DNA from: an uncultured Actinomycetes bacterium | GTDB taxonomy: Bacteria > Actinomycetota > Thermoleophilia > UBA2241 | Length of the DNA: 64,000 nt | Direction of reading: 5' to 3' | Assembly: GCA_963767005.1 (NCBI GenBank) | Contig: CAVYCN010000014.1 | Span: 19,185 to 83,184 of the forward strand | Shown here: positions 56,383 to 64,000 of the stretch, one piece after another | Position numbering within the stretch: position 1 is the first letter of the stretch | Layout of the letters: the number at the start of each line of letters is the position of its first letter | Notes under the pieces: model-generated | Told to the model about the DNA's origin: nothing | Databases searched by the model: none | The model's input: only the letters and a program-made list of their open reading frames with translations | Made by a program: the position numbers and the translations under genes

Positions 56383-58671
56383 GTGAGACTCATCGTCACC
56401 GAGAAGGATTCGGCCGCGCAGAAGATCGCCCAGATCCTGGGCGGCCACGTGCAGGTCAAGGAGCACGGCCGCGGCCGCCAGCGGGTCAAGTCGTACGCCT
56501 TCGAATGGCAGGGGAAGCCGACCGTGTCGGTCGGCCTGCGCGGCCACGTCATGGAGACGGTCTTCCCCAACACGTACCGGCGCTGGAGCCTCAAGTACCT
56601 GGAGCGCATGATCGGCGCGCCCGACCTCGCCTGGGTGATCGACGGCGGCAGCGTCAGCACCGTGGCCGCCCTGCGCGCCGTCGCCAAGGGCGCGACCGAG
56701 ATCATCGTCGCCACCGACTACGACCGCGAGGGCGAGCTGATCGGCGAGGAGGCGCTGCACATCCTGCGCGGCGACGCCCTGCGGCGCCATCCCAACGACA
56801 AGCCCGAAAAGCCGGCTCGCGCGGCCGCGAGGACCGGGAAGGCGGCGGGACGGGCGCGTCCCGCTCCCGTCCCGCCGCCGCCCGTGCTCGACGGCGACGG
56901 CGACGGCGGCGTGCAGATCAAGGCCGTGGTGCCGGCCGCCGTGGTCGACCGCCATCACCGGGCGCGCTACTCGGCGCTCACGCCCGACGAGGTCAAGCGC
57001 GCCTTCGCCAAGCTCGACACGCTCGACTTCAAGCTCGCCGAAGCGGCTCACACGAGGCAGGACATCGACCTCATCTGGGGCGCCGTGCTGACCCGCTTCA
57101 TGTCGCTGGCGAGCTATCGCTACGGCGCCGACTACCTGTCGATCGGCCGCGTGCAGACGCCGACGCTGCGCCTGGTCGTCGATCGCGAGCTCGAGCGCCG
57201 CGCCTTCGTGCCGGTGCCCTACTGGGAGATCAAGGCCGAGCTCGAGGCCGGCGGCGGCGAGCGTTTCACGGTCGACCACGGTCACGGCCGTTTCCTCGCC
57301 GAGGACGAGGCCCGCACGGCCCTCGACGGGGCCCAGAGCAAGACGGGCGAGGTCACGGCCTACGCCACGACGCCGCGCTCGCTGGCGCCGCCGCCGCCGT
57401 TCAACACGACGGCGCTCATGAGCGCCGCCTCGGGCGCCGGCATCGCGCCGTCGCGGGCCATGAAGGCGGCCGAGTCGCTCTACCTCGACGGCCTGATCAG
57501 CTACCCCCGTACCGACAACACCGTCTATCCCTCGTCGCTCGACCTGCACGCCGTGCTGCGCACGCTGACCGCCCACCACGCGGTCGGGTCGATCGCCACC
57601 GAGCTCGCCGACCAGACGACGCTCAAGGCCACGCGCGGCAAGAAGCGCACGACCGACCACCCGCCGGTCTATCCCGTCGGCGTGCCCAAGGGCGAGCTGC
57701 GCGGCGACCAGGCCCGCGTGTACGACCTCGTCGTGCGGCGCTTCCTGGCCACGCTGCTGCCGGCCGCGGTGATCGAGGGCCAGCGCCTCGACGTGCGGAT
57801 CGGCACGCAGCCCTTCGTCGGGCGCGGCAGCCGGGTCGCCAAGCCCGGGTTCCTGCGCGCCTGGCAGCCCTACACCTCGGACCGCGAGCGCCCGCTGCCG
57901 CAGGCGGCCGTCGGCGACGTGCTCGACGTGCTCGGCGTGCGGCTCGACGCCAAGGAGACCCAGCCGCCGGCGCGCTACGGCCAGGGGCCGCTCATCGAGA
58001 AGATGGAGGACCTCAACCTGGGCACCAAGGCGACCCGCGCCGACATCATCCAGCACCTCTACGACCGCAACTACGTGCGCGACAACCCGGTCGAACCGAC
58101 CGAGCTCGGCATCGCCGTGATCCGCGCCTTCGACGCGGCCATGACCGCCGCCCCGCTCGACATCTCGTCGCCGGCCATGACGGCCCGCCTCGAGCAGGAG
58201 ATGGACGGCATCGCCGAAGGCGGGCTGCGCGGCGAGCAGGTGGTGCACGACAGCCAGGAGCTGCTCGCCCAGGCCCACCGGCTGCTCGAAGCGCACATCG
58301 AGGCGATCCGCACCGAGATCAAGGGCGCCGTGCGCGAGGACATGACCCTCGGCGTGTGCTCCACCTGCGGCGGCGAGCTGCGCATCCTGCGCGGCAAGAC
58401 CGGCAAGCGCTTCGTGGCCTGCGTGGGGAAAGAGGGCGACGAGGCGAAGGTGCCCGAGGGGGCGCCCGAGGGCACCCGGCCGCGGCGCGGCTGCGGGCAG
58501 ACGTTCCCGCTGCCGCAGCGGGGTGCTATCATCGCCAGAGGGACCACCTGTCCCGAATGTGGGTGGCCCGAGATCTCCGTGCTCAAGTCGGGCGGCCGCG
58601 GCCGGCCGTGGCAGCTCTGTCTGGACCCCGATTGTCCCACCAAGGAGAAGTACAAGAAGCGCGTGACCTAG
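56383..58671 (+). CDS. topA: Type IA DNA topoisomerase
   Basis: LIVTEK, GH, ATDYDREGE, SIGRVQTPTL, ISYPRTD, HPPVYP, LGTKATR; C-terminal Zn ribbons. Confidence 0.95.
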   Translation: MRLIVTEKDSAAQKIAQILGGHVQVKEHGRGRQRVKSYAFEWQGKPTVSVGLRGHVMETVFPNTYRRWSLKYLERMIGAPDLAWVIDGGSVSTVAALRAVAKGATEIIVATDYDREGELIGEEALHILRGDALRRHPNDKPEKPARAAARTGKAAGRARPAPVPPPPVLDGDGDGGVQIKAVVPAAVVDRHHRARYSALTPDEVKRAFAKLDTLDFKLAEAAHTRQDIDLIWGAVLTRFMSLASYRYGADYLSIGRVQTPTLRLVVDRELERRAFVPVPYWEIKAELEAGGGERFTVDHGHGRFLAEDEARTALDGAQSKTGEVTAYATTPRSLAPPPPFNTTALMSAASGAGIAPSRAMKAAESLYLDGLISYPRTDNTVYPSSLDLHAVLRTLTAHHAVGSIATELADQTTLKATRGKKRTTDHPPVYPVGVPKGELRGDQARVYDLVVRRFLATLLPAAVIEGQRLDVRIGTQPFVGRGSRVAKPGFLRAWQPYTSDRERPLPQAAVGDVLDVLGVRLDAKETQPPARYGQGPLIEKMEDLNLGTKATRADIIQHLYDRNYVRDNPVEPTELGIAVIRAFDAAMTAAPLDISSPAMTARLEQEMDGIAEGGLRGEQVVHDSQELLAQAHRLLEAHIEAIRTEIKGAVREDMTLGVCSTCGGELRILRGKTGKRFVACVGKEGDEAKVPEGAPEGTRPRRGCGQTFPLPQRGAIIARGTTCPECGWPEISVLKSGGRGRPWQLCLDPDCPTKEKYKKRVT

Positions 58672-59354
58672 CGGTCCGCCCGGCGGGTCGCGGCTTCTTC
58701 GTCACCCTCGAGGGCATCGACCGCTGCGGCAAGACCACCCAGGTCGCGCGCCTCTGCGCCGCCCTTGCGGGTCGCGGCCTGCCGGTGGGCGTCGCGGGCG
58801 TGCCGGGGGGCTCGCTGCGCGAGCCCGGCGGCACGCCCGCCGGCGAGGCCATCCGCGACGTCCTGCTGCACCGCGCGCACGACGTCGGCCCCTGGACCGA
58901 GGCGCTGCTCTACGCGGCGGCCCGCGCCCAGCTCGTGACCGACGTGGTGCGGCCCTCGCTCGAGGCCGGCCTGATCGTGGTGCTCGATCGCTACGTCGAC
59001 TCGTCGCTCGCCTACCAGGGCTGGGCGCGCGGCCTCGGCGTCGACGCGGTGATCCAGGTGAACGAGCGCGCGACCGGCGGCCTGTGGCCCGACCTCACCC
59101 TGTTGCTCAGGGTCAGCCCCGAGCGGGCGGCCGGCCGCGCCGGTGGGCCGCCCGATCGGCTCGAGTCCGAGGGCGCGGCGCTGCAGGGGCGTGTGGCCGC
59201 CGGCTACGACGAGCTCGCGCGGCGCTACCCCGAGCGCATCGTCGCCGTCGACGGCGAGCGTCCGGTCGACGACGTCGCGCTGGCCGTCGAGCGTGCCACG
59301 CTGGCCGCGCTCGACGCCGCGGGCTACGCGGTCGGAGACATCCGTGCCGGCTGA
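58632..59354 (+). CDS. tmk: Thymidylate kinase (start uncertain)
   Basis: FVTLEGIDRCGKTTQ, REPGGT, EALLYAAARAQ, DRYVDSSLAYQG. Confidence 0.9.
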   Translation: MSHQGEVQEARDLAVRPAGRGFFVTLEGIDRCGKTTQVARLCAALAGRGLPVGVAGVPGGSLREPGGTPAGEAIRDVLLHRAHDVGPWTEALLYAAARAQLVTDVVRPSLEAGLIVVLDRYVDSSLAYQGWARGLGVDAVIQVNERATGGLWPDLTLLLRVSPERAAGRAGGPPDRLESEGAALQGRVAAGYDELARRYPERIVAVDGERPVDDVALAVERATLAALDAAGYAVGDIRAG

Positions 59355-60510
59355 GGCACAGGCCGGACACGCCGCGGCGCCCGGCGCCGCCGCGCCCTTT
59401 GCCGACATCCCGGGCCAGGCCCGCGCCAAGGCCTACGTGGCGGGCTCGCTCGCGCGCGGCGCCGGCCACGCGTACCTGCTGGCCGGCCCCGAGGGCCTCG
59501 GCAAGCGCCGCTTCGCGCTCGAGCTCGGCGCCCGCCTGGTGGCCGCCTGCGGCGCCTGCGGGCACTGCGACGAGTGCGAGCGCCTCGCCCGCGGCGCGCA
59601 CCCCGACCTGGTCGTGATCGAGCGCGAGGGCGAGTTCATCCGCATCGAGCAGATCGCCGCGCTGATCGCCGACCTCGCCCTCAAGCCGTTCTCGTCGACC
59701 CACCGCGTCTGGGTCATCGTCGAGCCCGAGCGCATGAACGTCGAGGCCGCCAACACCTTCCTGAAGAGCCTCGAAGAACCGCCCGCCGACGTCCACTTCA
59801 TCCTCGTCTCCAACGCGCCCGAGCGGGTCCTCGAGACGATCCGCTCGCGCTGCCAGCCGGTCGAGTTCCAGCCCGTCGCCGACGACGAGCTCATCGCCTG
59901 GCTGGGCGCCCGCGAGGCGCTCGACGAGGAGCAGGCCACGGTGGTCGCGCGCCTCGCCCACGGCTCGCTCGAGCGCGCCCTGCGGCTGCTCGCCGACGAG
60001 CGCGGGCCGCAGACCCGGCGGCGCTACCTGCACCTCGCCGCCGGCATCGCCCTGCACGACCGCGACGCCGAGCGCGCCTTCGTCGACGAGGTCGGCAGCG
60101 CCGAGGCCGCGGCGGTCGGGACCGTCGAAGCCGAGCACGCCCGCCGCCGCGACGAGCTCGAGCGCACCGTGTCCGACGAGCGCGAGCGCGCCTTCCACGG
60201 GCGCCGCCTCGACGCCCTGCAGCGCCGTGAGCAGGCGCGCGTCTCGCGCCTGGCGGCGCTCGACGCGCTCGACCACCTGGCGAGCTTCCTGCGCGACGTC
60301 TGGGCGGTCGGTCTGGGCGCCGCCGGGGCCGTCTCCAACCGCGACCGCCTGGCCGAGCTCGAGCACGCGGCCGTGGCTCGCCCCGACATCTGCGTGCGGC
60401 TACTCGAGGTCGTCGGCCGTACGCGCACCGATCTGTCCCTGAACGTCGACCGCAGGCTCGCTCTGCAGGCGATGTTTGCCCGGTTCCAGGAGGTCTGGGA
60501 AAGTGCCTAG
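59344..60510 (+). CDS. holB: DNA polymerase III delta' subunit
   Basis: HAYLLAGPEGLGK, CGACGHCDEC, HPD, AANTFLKSLEEPP, TIRSRC. Confidence 0.93.
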   Translation: MPAEAQAGHAAAPGAAAPFADIPGQARAKAYVAGSLARGAGHAYLLAGPEGLGKRRFALELGARLVAACGACGHCDECERLARGAHPDLVVIEREGEFIRIEQIAALIADLALKPFSSTHRVWVIVEPERMNVEAANTFLKSLEEPPADVHFILVSNAPERVLETIRSRCQPVEFQPVADDELIAWLGAREALDEEQATVVARLAHGSLERALRLLADERGPQTRRRYLHLAAGIALHDRDAERAFVDEVGSAEAAAVGTVEAEHARRRDELERTVSDERERAFHGRRLDALQRREQARVSRLAALDALDHLASFLRDVWAVGLGAAGAVSNRDRLAELEHAAVARPDICVRLLEVVGRTRTDLSLNVDRRLALQAMFARFQEVWESA

Positions 60511-61321
60511 AATCGTCAACGTCGTCTTCGCGGACGGCGGCAGGACCTACCGTTTCGACCCCGGCTCCCTCGAGCTCGCCGTCGGCGACCAGGTGGTCGT
60601 CGAGACGAGCCGCGGGGCCGACCTGGGGCGCGTCGTCGAGGGTGCTCGCGAGGCGGCCGACGAAGAGCTGAAGCAGGCCCTCCGCCGGGTCCTGCGCGCG
60701 GCCTCGGCGGCCGACCTGCAGAAGCTCGCCGACAACCGCGCGCGTGAGCGCGAGGCCGTGCTCGTCGCCCGCGAGCTCGTCGCCGTGCAGGGCCTCGACA
60801 TGAAGGTCGTGGCCGCTGAGTGCGCCTTCGAGGGCAGCCGCGTGACCGTGTCGTTCGTGGCCGAGGAACGCGTCGACTTTCGCGAGCTCGTCACGGCACT
60901 GTCCGACCGTCTCGGCCGGCGCGTCGAGCTGCGCCAGGTGTCGTCTCGCGACGGCGCTCGCCTCGTCGGCGGCTTCGGCCCCTGCGGCCGCCCGCTGTGC
61001 TGCTCGAGCTTCTCGGGCGATCAGGAGCCGGTCTCGATCCGCATGGCCAAGGATCAGAACCTGCCCCTCAACCCCTCGAAGATCTCGGGCTGCTGCGGTC
61101 GCCTGATGTGCTGTCTCAAGTACGAGCACGGCGTCTACACGTCGTTCAAGCAGCGCGCCCCGCGCCGCGGCGCCATCGTTATGACGCCGGCGGGCAGGGG
61201 AAAGGTCACTGAGCTCCTGGCCCCGGCCGACAGCGTCGCCGTCGACCTGGGGGAGGGGCGTGTCATCACCTGTCGCCTGGCCGAGCTGGCCGCCGAGGCG
61301 GCCGACAAGGAGGAGCAATGA
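60503..61321 (+). CDS. ricT: PSP1/RicT (YaaT) family protein
   Basis: RVDFRELV, GGFGPCGRPLCC, MAKDQNL.LNPSKISG.CGRLMCCLKYE. Confidence 0.92.
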   Translation: MPRIVNVVFADGGRTYRFDPGSLELAVGDQVVVETSRGADLGRVVEGAREAADEELKQALRRVLRAASAADLQKLADNRAREREAVLVARELVAVQGLDMKVVAAECAFEGSRVTVSFVAEERVDFRELVTALSDRLGRRVELRQVSSRDGARLVGGFGPCGRPLCCSSFSGDQEPVSIRMAKDQNLPLNPSKISGCCGRLMCCLKYEHGVYTSFKQRAPRRGAIVMTPAGRGKVTELLAPADSVAVDLGEGRVITCRLAELAAEAADKEEQ

Positions 61322-61551
61322 GCGCGACCCGCCACGTCGTCCTGAACGTCCCCGACGTCGCCTGCATGCACTGCAAGGCGGCCGTCGAGGGCGCGGTCTC
61401 GGGCCTGGCGGGCGTCGACTCGGTCGAGGTCGACGTCGACAGCAAGAGCTGCACCGTCTACCTCGAGCCGGACGCCGACCTGGGCGCCGTGAAGGCCGCG
61501 ATCGAAGACGAGGGCTACGCCGTGGCCGGCGAACACGAGTTCGCCGTCTAG
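61318..61551 (+). CDS. copZ: Heavy-metal-associated (HMA) chaperone
   Basis: VACMHC motif, AIEDEGY. Confidence 0.85.
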   Translation: MSATRHVVLNVPDVACMHCKAAVEGAVSGLAGVDSVEVDVDSKSCTVYLEPDADLGAVKAAIEDEGYAVAGEHEFAV

Positions 61552-61623
61552 GACGGGGCCGGCGCCCACGGCGGCGGGGTGGTGCGCGGCGCGGCGGGCT
61601 GGTACCATATGCGACCGTGTCCT

Positions 61624-61699
61624 GGGCCGTTAGCTTAGTTGGTAGAGCAGGGGACTCTTAATCCCAAGGTCGAAGGTTCGAATCCTTCACGGCCCACCA
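61624..61699 (+). tRNA. tRNA-Lys(CTT)
   Basis: GGGCCGTTAGCTTAGTTGGTAGAGCAGGGGACTCTTAATCCCAAGGTCGAAGGTTCGAATCCTTCACGGCCCACCA. Confidence 0.97.
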
Positions 61700-61769
61700 G
61701 ACTCCCCCCGCAAATCGCACTCTTCGCAGAGTGCCACCCTCTCCCCCGTGCCGCCAAAAGCCCCGAATT

Positions 61770-61830
61770 TGACCACGGTTTGACCACGGAATCTCGGCGA
61801 GGCCCCGGCGTTGACCACGGATGACCACGG
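61770..61830 (+). repeat. Four TGACCACGG direct repeats, putative integrase arm-type sites
   Basis: Two pairs at 61770/61781 and 61812/61822 between the tRNA and the int stop. Confidence 0.75.
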
Positions 61831-61836
61831 GATCGC

Positions 61837-63119
61837 TCACTTGTAGAGGTCGGCCAGCATGGTCACGGCCGACTCCTGCATCGAGGGAATGACGTGGCTG
61901 TAGCGGTCCATCGTGAAGGCCACCGAGGAGTGGCCGAGGATCTCCGAGACGACCTTGACCGGCACGCCCGCCTCGAGCATCCGCGTCGCCACCGTGTGCC
62001 GCAGGTCGTGCAGGCGGATGCGTGGCACCTTGGCCGCCTCGACCGCGGCGTCAAAGAGCTTGGTGACGCGGTCGGGGTGCATCGGCTGGCCGCTCTCGCG
62101 TGTGAAGACGTAGCCGGTATCGGTCCACGTCTCGCCCCACTCCGCGGCGTCGTCGGCCTGCCGTGCCGCCTGCTCGCGCAGGGCGGCGACCGTGGTGGCG
62201 TCGAGCGGCACGGTGCGCCGGCCGCGGGCCGTCTTGGGCTCGGACTCCTGCACCTGGTAGCCGACCGACACGAGGGTGTGGCGGATCGACAGGCGGCCAA
62301 GCTCGGCGCCCTCGTCGTCGTCGGCTGGCGGGATGAACTGGACATCGTCCCAGCGCAGACCGACCGCTTCGCCGCGGCGTAGGCCGGCACAGGCCAGCAG
62401 GCGCCACAGCGGATACTCGCGCGACTCGCGGGTCGCGGCCAGGAAGGCCTTGACCTCGGCCGCCGTCCAGCACTTCATCTCGTGGCGATCCTCGCCCTGA
62501 GCCCGCGGCGGTGAGGCCGCGTCGGCAACGTTGCGGGCCACGTAGTTGCGCCGCACGGCCAGCTCGAGCGCACTGTGCAGGGTGACGTAGATGTGGCCGA
62601 TGGTGACCGGCGAGAGGCCTGTGCGCCCGCGGCCCTTGCCCTCGGCGGCGAGCTTGCCCAGGGCGGCGTCGATCGCCGCTCCGGAGAGCTTCTGCAGCCG
62701 CAGGTGCCCAGCAGGGGCACGAGGTGGGCGTGCACGTGCCCCTTGTACGAGGCGTAGGTGGAGGCGCGCACGGTCGGCTCGACGGCCGGCAGGAACTCGT
62801 CGACGAGGAACTGCCGCACGGTGAGCTTCGAGGGCTCGACGTAGCTCGAGTCCGACAGGGCGACCTTGGCCTTGTCGAGCGCGGCCTGCGCGGCCTTCTG
62901 CGTCTTGAAGCCGACGACGGTCTTCTGGCGTCGCTTGGAGGCCGTCTCCAAGGGCCCGCCGCAGTGCGGGCAGACCTCGAGCGGCTCACCCTCGAGCCAC
63001 CACCAGGCGTCGCGCGGCTTGCTCTCCGCGCACGTGCGGCAGACCTGCACCTGCTGATCGCCGAACTCGAGCCGGTACTCCCAGCTCCCCGTCCCGCGCC
63101 TGCGCGTGCTGCCCCTCAT
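61837..63119 (-). CDS. int: Tyrosine integrase with a 1-nt frameshift near 62706
   Basis: GLRRGE, EPKT, HDLRH, LGHS and YSH catalytic residues; N-terminal part MRGSTRRRG... is in another frame (ctgggcacc vs expected ctgggccac). Confidence 0.9.
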
Positions 63120-63319
63120 CGCTTGGTCGCCTCCCGCTTGAACGCTTCGATCGCCTTCGGTGCGATGCGCCACTCGCCGCGCCGCACGGGACCACCGGCG
63201 GTGCGGTGCGCTTCGATCAGGCCGGCCTCGCACCAGCCCGTGATGCTGCGCCGGCTGACGCCGAGCAGATTGGCGGCCTCGCCGGCGGTCAAGAACTTCA
63301 CGCGCGGCGTCTTCGTCAT
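63116..63319 (-). CDS. Excisionase-like HTH protein
   Basis: FLTAGEAANLLGVSRRSITGWCEAGLI.A.R..G..WRI; ATGA overlap with int. Confidence 0.85.
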   Translation of the reverse strand: MTKTPRVKFLTAGEAANLLGVSRRSITGWCEAGLIEAHRTAGGPVRRGEWRIAPKAIEAFKREATKR

Positions 63320-63703
63320 GGCCTCCGCTCCGTGTCCTTGTTTGCCTTGGTTGCCTTCTACAGTCAAGTATCGACCACGAGGCGGCGGAACTCAAGGGCA
63401 TGGGCGGTGAAGTCGTCGCCCGACGAGGATACACGGAGGGGCACTCGCGTTGCGCCAACTTGCGTGTGGCACGAGTAGTGCTATCATAGTCGCGCGGGAC
63501 CCAGATGGCGAAGGGTTCGTGGGCGAAGCGCGCGTGACGCGTAACCTCGCCCGGCCGGGGGTGATTCACCCCCAGGGTCGCCCTACGCGCCCGATGGCGG
63601 GACAGCGTAGGCCCCAGGACCAGCGCCCGAACAGGCGGCTCGGTGAGCCCGAGTCGAAAGATGTATCGCACTCTCGTGCGATGCGACCCTGAACGGAGCG
63701 CTC

Positions 63704-64000
63704 ATGGATACCCGCACGCATCCCACCCCCGGACCGCCTAGCCACGTCTCCACTGGCGGCCGCGCCGCCGAGCCGGACCCCCGCACGATGGGCCGCGACG
63801 AGCTGGCCGCCTACCTGCGCGGCGTGCCGACCACCTCGCTGTGGCCCTTCGCTGGCCGCGCGCTAGGCAACCTGAGCCGCCCGGCGACCTATCGCGCAGC
63901 ATCGCGCGGCTCCATCCCAACCCTGGCCCTGGGCTGTCGCAAGCGCGTGGTGGCGTCGGTGTGGCTCAGCCGGGCGCTCATGCTCGACAACGAGGGGGTG
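63704..64000 (+). CDS. Second Xis/AlpA-like DNA-binding protein (partial)
   Basis: MDTRTH...PTTSLWPFAGRALGNLSRPATYRAASRGSIPTLALGCRKRVV...; GGAG RBS; open to the window end. Confidence 0.65.
   Translation, partial: MDTRTHPTPGPPSHVSTGGRAAEPDPRTMGRDELAAYLRGVPTTSLWPFAGRALGNLSRPATYRAASRGSIPTLALGCRKRVVASVWLSRALMLDNEGV

Larger units (their letters stand above)
61700..64000. mobile_element. Left end of an integrative element/prophage inserted at tRNA-Lys
   Basis: Tyrosine integrase convergent on the tRNA 3' end, arm-like repeats and Xis-like genes; right end not in window. Confidence 0.85.

Noticed and set aside
56370-59354. 994-aa ORF / topA-tmk fusion
   Set aside because: Upstream part is an Arg/Pro-rich shadow frame of topA; only the 3' end encodes Tmk

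Overview
Very GC-rich bacterial chromosomal window, most consistent with a deep-branching actinobacterium (Thermoleophilia-like; inferred from gene content). Positions 1-14 kb hold an accessory cluster of small membrane and transport genes: K+ channel, DUF1269-, HdeD-, SHOCT-, AI-2E-, DUF1345-, aquaporin- and DUF1622-like genes, SCP2 plus a glycogen debranching enzyme, an MFS transporter and DUF2252. Positions 14-36 kb hold a MoxR-DUF58-DUF4129 operon, an ECF sigma/anti-sigma/BNR-repeat operon, HtrA, a MarR-ABC-MFS efflux operon and an unusual HTH-GAF-HD-GYP-Cache-like-GGDEF protein. Positions 36-62 kb are core genome: pheA, tRNA-Leu(CAG), a kinase-fhaA-fhaB-pstP-rodA-pbpA-pknB cluster, transporters, an amidohydrolase, a STAS protein, archaeal-like topA, tmk, holB, ricT, copZ and tRNA-Lys(CTT). 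From 61.7 kb an integrative element (tyrosine integrase with a Zn-ribbon insertion, two Xis-like HTH genes, arm-site repeats) sits at tRNA-Lys and runs off the window. Non-coding highlights are a 59-bp CTAG-bounded hairpin repeat (3 tandem copies plus 2 dispersed variants, one with a compensatory base-pair change), long perfect palindromes and MprA-like boxes before htrA. Three single-base frameshifts may be assembly errors. All family assignments come from motif recognition by eye, not database searches.
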